This document shows positions 1-8,737 of a stretch of 64,000 nucleotides of DNA, one piece after another. The DNA comes from a virus. The position numbers and the translations under genes were made by a program. Numbering within the stretch: position 1 is the first letter of the stretch; each line of letters opens with the position of its first letter. The DNA lies in IMG/VR virus record IMGVR_UViG_3300018080_000015, positions 24,187 through 88,186 of that record; one strand, written 5' to 3'. Under the pieces are notes generated by a model. That model was not told the DNA's origin. It ran no database searches and was given only the letters and a program-made list of their open reading frames with translations.

Positions 1-10
1 CACGTTCCCA

Positions 11-1042
11 TCACAAGGCCTTCGTTGCAGTCGCTGCGGTGTTTTGGTGCACCACCCAAGGCGGAACGACCGGAGCGCCGAGCCCGGAGAGGATTCCCTG
101 TACAACCGAGGCCCACGCGTCGAACTGAGTCCAGTTAGCCTCATTTGCGGCGCCGAGAGCTACCGGATCTACTGCTCCGGCCCCGAGCTTGATCTCAGTG
201 CCAGCGAAGGTGATCGACCCTACGCACGTGAGCGTGACTGGAGAGGCGCCCATGGAGATCTGCGAGGCAGCGAGGTTGATCAGCGGGCCTTGAAGGGTGA
301 TTCCGGTCAGTGCCACCTCGACCTTCGCAAGCTCGATGAGACCAGTCGGGTCCTTCACTGCGAGGGTGATGTTTCCCAGGCCGCCGAGGGTCTCGAGTAG
401 GATGTCTGTGAGATACGTACGGAGCGAAAATCCGCTCATGAACGTAACAGCAGCTTCGCCTGTAGTACTGACCTTCGCGTCCCCGACGATGGCAGTGAGA
501 ACGCCGTTCAGCGCCTTCGTGCGGAGGAGCCCTAGGATCGTCTTGGTGACCCCGCCTTTGATCGTCTTCGTCTCTGACTTGGCTTCGACGGTGCGCGGCC
601 CGTTGGTCGTCTCTGAGGTGGATGCTGCGGTGCGCTCGAGCTTCCCTCGAGCTTCTTCTGTGATGTCCCGCGCCGTCGTCTTTTTCGCTCCCGAGAGCGT
701 ACGAACTTGCTTCCCGTCGACCGACTTCTCGTCGTCTCCTGCGATGTAGGCGTCGAGATTAGCGTTACGGACAGCTCGGTTGTTTTGGACGACTCCGACG
801 ACAGCAGGGTGGTCGGGGTGTCCGTTGAAAAACATGACACCGACTGTGTTCCCAACTTGAGGGGTTTTATTTTCACCACTCCCCTGTCCTCCGGTATCGT
901 AGAAGATACGTGCCCACGGCAGATTTGAGACTGGTTCGTCTTCACGCCACACCCCCGGGACGAAGACCCGCACGCGGTTTTCGTGTTCTGGATCATCGTT
1001 GTCGCGGACCACACCCTCGAAGAGCCCGTGCAGTTTATTCAT
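11..1042 (-). CDS. Baseplate central spike (gp5/VgrG-type OB-fold, gpV-like)
   Basis: N-terminal GVVRDNDDPEHENRVRVFVP...LPWARI...PQVGNTVGVMFFNGHPDHPAVVG is the gp5/gpV OB-fold signature, followed by Thr-rich beta-helix-like sequence; follows the hub gene. Confidence 0.85.
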   Translation of the reverse strand: MNKLHGLFEGVVRDNDDPEHENRVRVFVPGVWREDEPVSNLPWARIFYDTGGQGSGENKTPQVGNTVGVMFFNGHPDHPAVVGVVQNNRAVRNANLDAYIAGDDEKSVDGKQVRTLSGAKKTTARDITEEARGKLERTAASTSETTNGPRTVEAKSETKTIKGGVTKTILGLLRTKALNGVLTAIVGDAKVSTTGEAAVTFMSGFSLRTYLTDILLETLGGLGNITLAVKDPTGLIELAKVEVALTGITLQGPLINLAASQISMGASPVTLTCVGSITFAGTEIKLGAGAVDPVALGAANEANWTQFDAWASVVQGILSGLGAPVVPPWVVHQNTAATATKAL

Positions 1043-2963
1043 AGCGCACGCTCTCCCCGACGACATGGTAGCCGTCTGCCGTCACGTCGATCACGTCGGT
1101 TCCGATCTGTTTGGGCGGCTTGTACGGGTTGTGTGGGGGCGCTGTCCGGGCTTGTTTCGACGGTAGGTCCACAGTCGGCTTGTTGGGAGGCTTAGTCGAC
1201 TCAGCACTGCCTGTGAAAGTCGCGGAGATGTCCCCTCCGGAGCCGCGCACAGAGGTGCTATCTATGAGCCAAGGACCGACGACGTCTTCGTCCATCACAC
1301 CAACGATCTGTACGACATCACGCGGTCTCAGTAGCCGACCGGTTACAGTACCGGAGATCCGACGCTTGGCCCACCGTGAGAAGGTGGCCTGGTTGAAGTT
1401 ACGCACGGAAAGTGACCAAGCATCCTTCAGCGGAGAACCGGCGATGAAGCGCGCTCGAGCGCCCGCTCGTTTCTCTGCGTTGGGATCGATGAGCATCTGC
1501 CCTTTGACAGCCTCCAAAAGGGCCTCGCGCTGGGTGTCCCGAAACGAGATGGCCGATTGGATTTGAGCTTCCTGCTGTACGCTCCCCGGATCGGTCGTTG
1601 CTCGAGCGGCGCCGATCCGCGCGTCGGCTTCAGCGTTTATGAGACCCGCTGCAACGAGTATGGTACGTCTATCTGCCTCCGGAAGTGCTCCCACACCTTC
1701 GGGTAGCTGCAACTGGGAATGGAGACCGACCCGATCAGCGCGGTTGGCTGCGGTGCGGCCTATCACTCGATCGTCCTGGATGATGTCTCGCTCTCCCCCG
1801 TGCAAGATATGACCGGCCGTGCTCGTGGCAGAGAAGGTCTCATCGAGCACGAACGAGTCGTAGTCCCACTCGATCTCCTGATAGTCCTTCAAGGTCTTAC
1901 CGTCAGGACCGACACCTGACGATTTCGCGGCGAGCCCAGCAACGCGCGTGCGGGCCGAGTCTGTGATGGAGTAGTCGTTGAGAATGGGCGGAGACGTATC
2001 CCAGTCAGGTATGAACTCCTTTGCGTGGCACGCATAGTAGAGCTGAATGATGGGCGTGGCACCGACTTGTTTGAGAGAGTAGAGCTCAGGCTTCCGTTTG
2101 GCCTTGTGTCCGGTTGCAAGAAGAGTGGATAGGTCTTCAGATTCTGTTGGCTGTGTGGGCTGCAGTGATTCAGCGAGTTGGTTTTGGATTCCAGCGAGGC
2201 GATTTTGATTGCGAAACTTCGCGTCGTAGACGAGCGCCTCAAACTGATCGGGGGAAGCGGTCTCTAGGATTTCGGCCAGTTCTTTCTCGTAGAGCTGACC
2301 GGCGAGGAGCGAGCGCTTCATCGCGTACTTTCGGAGCTGCTCTTCTCTTCCGTTGCTCGACCACTTCATCTTGGGCAGCGACGGAGCGCCAGGCCTCGGC
2401 GTCGGTTTGAAGATGAGCGTCTTGCCATTGACAACCTGGAAGTCAAAGTCCTCGTCCTGAGCGAGGCCTTCCAGTAGCTCGCCAAGCGACGACGTGCCCG
2501 CAGATATCGTCGGGTACACGATAGCTGACTCGACGACGTCGGCCTCTAGACCGAGTGCTGCAGCAGCTGCAATCGCAACGTCTGAGGCTTTGGCGTTCGT
2601 GAACACCTGTTGAAAGCCCGTCTCCGAGAGCCCAACAGACTTGTCGACGGCTGTGAGCGTGAGTTTGAACATCCCACCCCCAGACGGAGCTCGCGTTCGG
2701 TCTTTGATGATGTAGGTGTCTTCTCTGTAGTCTCCGTCTTCGTAGCCGAAGACCCACGTGATCAGGCTGTTGCGCTTGAGCCTCGGGTCGTTGAAGATCT
2801 CGTCACTGTCGATGCCCTCGAAGGTCACCGAGAGCTGTCCAGGCTTCCCCCGCTTTTCGTTCAGCGAGACGGTCGTAGCGTCCACTCCAAGAATGTCGAC
2901 TGCTGGAGTGCGCTGCGGTCCGAGGTAGACCTGGTAGTATCCGGATCCGGGAACGAGAGGCAT
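1035..2963 (-). CDS. Baseplate hub / late control protein D (gpD/gp27-like)
   Basis: Motifs 'WVFGY', 'ASDVAIAAAAALGLEADV...LLEGLAQDEDFDFQV' and C-terminal 'LRPRDVVQIVGV...GPWLIDST'; lies between the LysM-like gene and the spike. Confidence 0.75.
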   Translation of the reverse strand: MPLVPGSGYYQVYLGPQRTPAVDILGVDATTVSLNEKRGKPGQLSVTFEGIDSDEIFNDPRLKRNSLITWVFGYEDGDYREDTYIIKDRTRAPSGGGMFKLTLTAVDKSVGLSETGFQQVFTNAKASDVAIAAAAALGLEADVVESAIVYPTISAGTSSLGELLEGLAQDEDFDFQVVNGKTLIFKPTPRPGAPSLPKMKWSSNGREEQLRKYAMKRSLLAGQLYEKELAEILETASPDQFEALVYDAKFRNQNRLAGIQNQLAESLQPTQPTESEDLSTLLATGHKAKRKPELYSLKQVGATPIIQLYYACHAKEFIPDWDTSPPILNDYSITDSARTRVAGLAAKSSGVGPDGKTLKDYQEIEWDYDSFVLDETFSATSTAGHILHGGERDIIQDDRVIGRTAANRADRVGLHSQLQLPEGVGALPEADRRTILVAAGLINAEADARIGAARATTDPGSVQQEAQIQSAISFRDTQREALLEAVKGQMLIDPNAEKRAGARARFIAGSPLKDAWSLSVRNFNQATFSRWAKRRISGTVTGRLLRPRDVVQIVGVMDEDVVGPWLIDSTSVRGSGGDISATFTGSAESTKPPNKPTVDLPSKQARTAPPHNPYKPPKQIGTDVIDVTADGYHVVGESVRYE

Positions 2964-3439
2964 TACGAAACCTGAAAGTCGACAGAGGCCTCTTCAAGAG
3001 ACCGCTCGTGGCGGGTGAGAACTACGCGCAGGGCGTCTTGCGCGGTCGGAACCACAGGAGCTGAGAGGCTCACGTCCAAGTCGACTTCTCCTGCGCCCGA
3101 CAGGTTGATGCGGCGAGCCCGTCGAATGAGCTCGAAGAGCACGTCATCAGTCAGGTATCGGATCTCGAACTGCTGCGGTAGATAGTACGTGTGGTTCCAC
3201 TGCGTCGGATTTGGGATCTTGTTCCACTCGGCGATGAGCCCCCACCGCAGACCGCTGTCTCCGTAGAGACGATGCGAAACCTCCCAGAGCCGCATCGGGA
3301 AGGGAAGACGAAACTTTCTGAAGAGTGGGGAGAACTCTGGCACGGGATACGGGCGTTGCACTGCAAACGCTGCCTCTCCGCGGCGAACGAACACCGCGCC
3401 GTTTGCTAGGTCTGAGATGCGCGTGAACTTCTGCGGCAT
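2963..3439 (-). CDS. LysM-like tail protein X / baseplate wedge adaptor
   Basis: 'LWEVSHRLYGDSGLRWGLIAEWNKIPNP' resembles the LysM/gpX motif; synteny. Confidence 0.7.
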   Translation of the reverse strand: MPQKFTRISDLANGAVFVRRGEAAFAVQRPYPVPEFSPLFRKFRLPFPMRLWEVSHRLYGDSGLRWGLIAEWNKIPNPTQWNHTYYLPQQFEIRYLTDDVLFELIRRARRINLSGAGEVDLDVSLSAPVVPTAQDALRVVLTRHERSLEEASVDFQVS

Positions 3440-4176
3440 TACAGCCCCCTATAGGCGTCAGACCACTCGAAGTCAGGCTCGAACTCCTCTCCAGGCTCCG
3501 GAGAGAACGGAAGCTCTCCCAAGTCTTCGAGCTGCAAATCGTCGTTCTCGATCTGATAGTAGGGCTCCAGCTCGTCCCACGCTGGATCCCAATCCGGATC
3601 AACGCCCACCGCAGGGTCGGCCGGAGGAACGGGATCCCAACTGCTGAGAAGGTTCCCTCCGGAGCGCACCGAGAGGGCATCGAGGATATCGGAGCCCTGC
3701 GCTTCTACAAAAGAGAGCGAGACCATTGCAACACGCGGGTGAAGCTCTTCTGTGGTGAAGCTCCCCCACACGACGTTCATGTCGCGGATGATGACAGGGA
3801 GCGAGAAGAGGCGCCCGAGGTTGAGCAACACAGGCGTGATTCGCTTCCGGCCGGTTGCCTCGTGCACGACCCTGGGGCACGACAGAGACGCGATCCAGTT
3901 GACTTGGCGCTTCACCCAGTCCGTGTTCTTTGTCTTTCGATCGACGGCGTAGAAACTGAGGTCGAAGGAGATGGTGCGGTCGCCACTGGCGTTGGCGCCG
4001 ATGCGCGGAGTAGAAAAGCCGGGGATGGGCACTGAGCGGACCACGGCGCTTCTTCGGTCGTTGATCTGCTTCGGCGCGTGCTGCATCTCGAGCGTGTCGC
4101 CGGCGTACAGATCCTTGATGAAACACAAGGAGCGCTGCATGACGTGTTCGCTGAGTCTCTCGTTGTTGATCGGCAT
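3439..4176 (-). CDS. Tail tube initiator / CIS tube-like baseplate protein
   Basis: Directly after tape measure; 'DRTISFDLSFYA...PVLLNLG...VIIRDMNVVW..F..ELHPRVAMVSLSFVE' pattern of tube-initiator proteins. Confidence 0.7.
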   Translation of the reverse strand: MPINNERLSEHVMQRSLCFIKDLYAGDTLEMQHAPKQINDRRSAVVRSVPIPGFSTPRIGANASGDRTISFDLSFYAVDRKTKNTDWVKRQVNWIASLSCPRVVHEATGRKRITPVLLNLGRLFSLPVIIRDMNVVWGSFTTEELHPRVAMVSLSFVEAQGSDILDALSVRSGGNLLSSWDPVPPADPAVGVDPDWDPAWDELEPYYQIENDDLQLEDLGELPFSPEPGEEFEPDFEWSDAYRGL

Positions 4177-4178
4177 CG

Positions 4179-7016
4179 CTACCTCATGCTGTTGTGGCCG
4201 CGATCAAGGTTGAGCTGTCCTGCCAGCGATTCGTGCCCTGAAGAGCCCGGTCCGCCCGAGCCCGGAATCTGCCGGATGAGGTCGTTCCCGTTTTCAGTCA
4301 GCCCCAACTGTTTCATCATGAGCTCATTGTTCTTCCTCGACTCCCCGAGCAGTTTGCGTAGTTCGTCGGTCGACTCTTTGTTCTGTTCGGCGACGTACTT
4401 TGAGAGCTTTTCGTTGTCCTCTGCTGTGGTTTCAGGGCCTTTACCTATCTCCTGTGCGCGCTTCCATGCTCTTTTGGATCCCCACGCGATTTCACCTCCA
4501 GCTTCTTCATCTCCTCCTGTGATCCAGTTGAGCGCCTTGTAGCCCGGGATCACCGTCTCGAAGAAAGTCTTCGCTGCGGAGCTTCCCATCTCAATCTTAT
4601 CGGTGAAGCTGTCCCACCAGGCAAATGCGCTACCGAGAGCCGTCTCGCTGAACCAGTCCCTGATGCTCTTACCGAGTGAATCAATGGATTCCCAGAGAGC
4701 GTCTGAGGTTTCCGAAATGACGGTAAATGCCTCAGCAACTTTGCCTAGCGAGCCTCCGGTGATCCACGTCACCTTTTCGAATAGCCAGGCGAAGGCACGA
4801 GCGATCATCGACACGCCCTGAGCGAGCTTTATGACGGGATCGAGCAATCGACGAACCACGCTCTCGACGAGAGACATTTCGCTGTCTGACGACCGGAGCA
4901 TATCGATCATCGGCCCGAAGTGCGACGTCAGGACGGTCCAGATTGAATCGAGAGCACCCCACGCGTTCTGAAGACCTTCCCAGAAGTCAGAAAAAGCCTT
5001 CCCGAGATGTTCGTATAGGATGGCTCCCACCTCCATCCCTACCTCGACGACAGCGCCCATGCCTTCTCGGATGATATCGAGCACCGGCTTGATGCGACTG
5101 TAGACCTCATTCGCGACGTTGAGCACCCTGGTGACGAAGCCCATGAACTGGGTCGCCTTCTCGATAATCCAATCGACTCCGGCCTTGGCGACTTCGACGG
5201 GGTCTGAAAGGTCTAGCCCTTCAAACATCCCGCCGAAGATGTTTTTCAGTCCACCGACCTGCATGTCGAAGATGTTTTGTATCGCCTCCAGAAGTGGGCT
5301 GAGCATCTTCGAGAAGGGCTCGATGAGCAGAGGTGCTTTGGTGCCAATGTACTCGAAGAGCTCTGTCGCGCCTTCTTTGATCTTTCCGAACCAGGAGCCG
5401 ATTTCGATCACGACGTCGAGCGTGCCATCTCGCCTGAGCTTGTCCGCAAGCTCAGAATCGATAGAGGCCATTCCATTCGAGAACGACGTGACTACCTGCC
5501 AGACGCCTTGTATCCCTCGCGTGAGCTTTCGTAGCTCTTCGCCGATACCTGAGAGGTTGTTCTCCCACGCGTAGTACAACCCGTATCCAGCCGCTGCGAG
5601 GAGACCCACAACGGCGAGGAGCCCACTGAAGCCTACAATCACGGGCAAGCTCGCGCTCATGATGCTCGGGAGCACCTGCACACCGAGCATGGCGAGGTTT
5701 GTCACAAGCCCCAACGACTTGCCTGCGCCGAGCGTCAACGCGGATGCAATGGTCGCGATGACGAAGCCGACCTCGACCAGTCTCGGGTGTTCGCGCGTGA
5801 GCTCGACGAAACGGTTCACCAGTTCGGTCGCCCGCAAACTTGCTCGGCCGATCATGGCACCCAGTCGCTCGAAGGAACCCCGCAGCTCTTCAACGAACTT
5901 CTTGTCCTCACTCATGCGGGTCAGCATGTCGAGGACGCCCGTCTTCTCGTCGTTCATGAGCGCTGGAGTGAGACCGGCGACGAGACCCTCACCGACGAGA
6001 CCAAGTAGGTTCTGCTTGATGTCACCGATGTTTTGCATCACCTGGTACCAGTTCTTCTCCGCAGCCTTCCCAGCTCCACCGTAGACGCGGGCGATAATGC
6101 CGAAGATGACATCTGCGCGCTCCTGAGCCGTCTTGGCGGCCTTGAACGCGCGGGTCTCCGCCTCGTTCTGCACCCCATCAAAGAGCGCGCGGAAGTTGCG
6201 CATTTGGCCCTGGATCGCCATCGGGAAGTGGCGGCCCATGATCATGTGGGGATCCTGCGCACTCTCCGCGAGAAGATCGTTCACCAGCTCCAGACCCGTG
6301 ATCTGGGTCTTCTGCATCTTCCCCGCGATGAGAGTCTCGACGTTGTACGTCTTCAGCGCGTCGGCTTGTTGGCGCTTGAACGTCGTGAAGAGATTCATCG
6401 CCTGGAGCGTGTCGAGCGACGTCTTCGCAGACACCTCCATGACTGTGGTCATCGCTTGACCGGCAGCCTCAGTGTCTCCCTTGAATACACGAGACATTGT
6501 GGTGCGTTGGCGCTGGAACTGCTGACCCAGATTCAGGATCCCAGTCAGGGCTCCACGCACGGAGTTCACCATGCGCTGTCCAGCCATCTCGATTCGCCCG
6601 GCCACCATCGAGAGGTTCTGCAGGGATAGAGCGTCCGCGGCTCGCCGTGCGTCGTCCGCGGTGCGATTGGTAGCGTTGGCAACCTGTTCGGAGCCCCTCA
6701 CGGCCCCATCTACAGAGGCCGGGTCGTAGAGATGCGGAGCTACGTGAACACCCGCGGCGCCTGTCTTAGGACCTATCGTGGCCCCTCCCGTGAGCGTTCT
6801 ACCCAGGCCGGGGACGATGGGCGCGGCTTTGTTGGCGAGCACCTTTTGGTACTTGCCCATCGTGGCCGAAAGGCGGTTGAAGGCTGCATCTGCGGCCTGA
6901 GCTCCGGCTCGCTGCTGTAGAAGGCCGCGTGTGATCGTCTGAATCGAGCGCGTCGTCTCTTGGGCCTTCTCCAGGACGAAGGCTGCACCCGCTACGAATG
7001 TGCTATCCGCTGGCAT
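4179..7016 (-). CDS. Tail tape measure protein
   Basis: 945 aa, helical, Ala/Gly-rich with hydrophobic segments and periodic W/F residues; downstream of tube and chaperone. Confidence 0.9.
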   Translation of the reverse strand: MPADSTFVAGAAFVLEKAQETTRSIQTITRGLLQQRAGAQAADAAFNRLSATMGKYQKVLANKAAPIVPGLGRTLTGGATIGPKTGAAGVHVAPHLYDPASVDGAVRGSEQVANATNRTADDARRAADALSLQNLSMVAGRIEMAGQRMVNSVRGALTGILNLGQQFQRQRTTMSRVFKGDTEAAGQAMTTVMEVSAKTSLDTLQAMNLFTTFKRQQADALKTYNVETLIAGKMQKTQITGLELVNDLLAESAQDPHMIMGRHFPMAIQGQMRNFRALFDGVQNEAETRAFKAAKTAQERADVIFGIIARVYGGAGKAAEKNWYQVMQNIGDIKQNLLGLVGEGLVAGLTPALMNDEKTGVLDMLTRMSEDKKFVEELRGSFERLGAMIGRASLRATELVNRFVELTREHPRLVEVGFVIATIASALTLGAGKSLGLVTNLAMLGVQVLPSIMSASLPVIVGFSGLLAVVGLLAAAGYGLYYAWENNLSGIGEELRKLTRGIQGVWQVVTSFSNGMASIDSELADKLRRDGTLDVVIEIGSWFGKIKEGATELFEYIGTKAPLLIEPFSKMLSPLLEAIQNIFDMQVGGLKNIFGGMFEGLDLSDPVEVAKAGVDWIIEKATQFMGFVTRVLNVANEVYSRIKPVLDIIREGMGAVVEVGMEVGAILYEHLGKAFSDFWEGLQNAWGALDSIWTVLTSHFGPMIDMLRSSDSEMSLVESVVRRLLDPVIKLAQGVSMIARAFAWLFEKVTWITGGSLGKVAEAFTVISETSDALWESIDSLGKSIRDWFSETALGSAFAWWDSFTDKIEMGSSAAKTFFETVIPGYKALNWITGGDEEAGGEIAWGSKRAWKRAQEIGKGPETTAEDNEKLSKYVAEQNKESTDELRKLLGESRKNNELMMKQLGLTENGNDLIRQIPGSGGPGSSGHESLAGQLNLDRGHNSMR

Positions 7017-7019
7017 ACC

Positions 7020-7220
7020 TCAGAGCTCCGTGCCCTTGTCCCTCTTTCGACCTTCAGCCACTCGTTTGAGTGCCTTGACGATATCTCTACGATAGACGCT
7101 GGGCATGGAGAGCACAAACTCGGGAGTGAGCCCAAATTCAGATGTGCACCAGAAGACAAACTCCCAGACGTCGACTACATCGCTTGCTTCAGGGGCAAGT
7201 AGAAGGTTCCCGCGAAAGGG
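7020..7220 (-). CDS. -1 frameshift extension of tail assembly chaperone (G-T type product)
   Basis: Slippery heptamer C CCT TTC at 7220-7214 in the chaperone frame; -1 frame stays open to 7020 and encodes 'VWEFVFWCTSEFGLTPEFVLSMPSVYRRDIVKALKR'. Confidence 0.65.
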   Translation of the reverse strand, partial: PFRGNLLLAPEASDVVDVWEFVFWCTSEFGLTPEFVLSMPSVYRRDIVKALKRVAEGRKRDKGTEL

Positions 7221-8098
7221 ATGAGCTGCCTCACTTGACGCTTGCACTTGTCGCACACGACGATCATGTTCTGGTTGATGCCGCCGTTTTGGCCCTCCAC
7301 CATGTTGAAGACGTCGACTGTGACCGCCGAGGGCCACTTTTTGATCTCCGCGCGCAAGTAGGCCGACTCCTGCTTGTCCTTGCCCTTCGTGAGGTCGATC
7401 TTTCTGGAAGGCCAGTAAATCCGCCGCACGATGTGCACCAGCAGCTGATACAGAGATTCTTCGTCCTGGTAGGCCTGGTATCGAGCGAGCGCGCGCTGCG
7501 CTGAGATACGCAATGGCTCACAGAAGATTTGGAAGTCCTGTCCAAACTTCTCACCGCTGTAGACGAGGTCTGGCGGGTAGTCCGAGAGGTGTCCTTCGGG
7601 GACGTCGACCCAGTGCTCGTTCATCCACGCGATGTTGTCGTGTCCCTTCTCTGGCACCTTCCGGAGCTCGGCGTTGATCTCGTGGCACGCACAGTCCGGA
7701 TTCGAGCACTCGTAGAGATAGCGCTTGCACTCGCGTAACTCGAGCTCTGGGTTGGTCGTCTCTTTGCACCGACAGGTCCAGGTGAAGGGCATCTTGGAGC
7801 CGTACGAGGCAACTCGGGCGAGGTAGTTGGCGTCCAGTTGCTCGTAGAGAAGCATGTTGTTGACGTCGAAGCCCTTGTGCTCTTCGACTGTGCCGGCGTG
7901 CACGTGCCGTTGCGTAATCCAGCATAGAGCATCTACGAGCTCTTCGGGGCTCTCGCTCTTCTCCGCGCTCAGATATCGAACGGTTGTCTTGTGGTCGAAT
8001 GGAATGCCGACGACGCGCCGCCCCGTGCAGGTGATGCCGGGCATGAGAGGAAGCAGATCGGCCCACTCGTTCGTGGGCACTACGATATTTTTCGCCAT
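7175..8098 (-). CDS. Tail assembly chaperone (Zn-binding, T4 gp26-like)
   Basis: Between tube and tape measure; 'LARVASYGSKMPFTWTCRC' and C-terminal 'VCDKC...IPFAGTFY'. Confidence 0.7.
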   Translation of the reverse strand: MAKNIVVPTNEWADLLPLMPGITCTGRRVVGIPFDHKTTVRYLSAEKSESPEELVDALCWITQRHVHAGTVEEHKGFDVNNMLLYEQLDANYLARVASYGSKMPFTWTCRCKETTNPELELRECKRYLYECSNPDCACHEINAELRKVPEKGHDNIAWMNEHWVDVPEGHLSDYPPDLVYSGEKFGQDFQIFCEPLRISAQRALARYQAYQDEESLYQLLVHIVRRIYWPSRKIDLTKGKDKQESAYLRAEIKKWPSAVTVDVFNMVEGQNGGINQNMIVVCDKCKRQVRQLIPFAGTFYLPLKQAM

Positions 8099-8215
8099 GG
8101 TTTCTTCCTGGTCCGCGGGGACAAGATGCCTTCAGCAGTGTGCACTCGGAGGTCCCTTCCGAGTGCGTGCTGAGTCCCGGTTAAGGCTCTTCACGCGGCT
8201 ATTGTAACTGAGTGA

Positions 8216-8689
8216 CTACGCGGGGAGAAGGTAGAACTTCGTGCAGGCGATCGTCAGGTTCTCGATGAGCTTGTCGGCCTTATTCGTGGCGTCGAAAGCC
8301 AGCCCTGGAATCTGTTTGACGAACGCGTCTTCGGCGACGTAGGTGGCCTGGGGCTCGTTCGCACCGTCGAGGCGCTCGAGCGTCAGCGTGCGGAAGTAGT
8401 CGGACGGAACTCCGCCGATGTTGGTCTGCGGATCGTAGGCCTGACGGAACCACTCCCACGCCCACTGATCGGCAGCGTCGCTCATGACGATCTTTTCGAG
8501 TTTGAGGTCCCCGCAGGTGTAACCGCCTGCGGTCTTGTGGTCGAAGCCCTCGCCCCCAGATGCGTGCTTCACCTCTTCGAGGTTCACATCTGCGATCGTG
8601 ACCTTCTCACACAGAGCCGTGTCCAGCCCGTTCACGAGGAGCCGGAACCGAAAGCCGAGCGCTGGATTGGGCGTTGACGTTGTTGGCAT
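8216..8689 (-). CDS. Tail tube protein (T4 gp19-like)
   Basis: 'NPALGFRFRLLVNG...KTAG...DLKLEK...WAWEWF...RTLTLERLD...IENLTIAC' tube family pattern; follows sheath. Confidence 0.9.
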   Translation of the reverse strand: MPTTSTPNPALGFRFRLLVNGLDTALCEKVTIADVNLEEVKHASGGEGFDHKTAGGYTCGDLKLEKIVMSDAADQWAWEWFRQAYDPQTNIGGVPSDYFRTLTLERLDGANEPQATYVAEDAFVKQIPGLAFDATNKADKLIENLTIACTKFYLLPA

Positions 8690-8737
8690 TTTCCTCTCCT
8701 TCTTTGCGAGGCTCAGGCTCGCGACTCGGCTTGGCTC

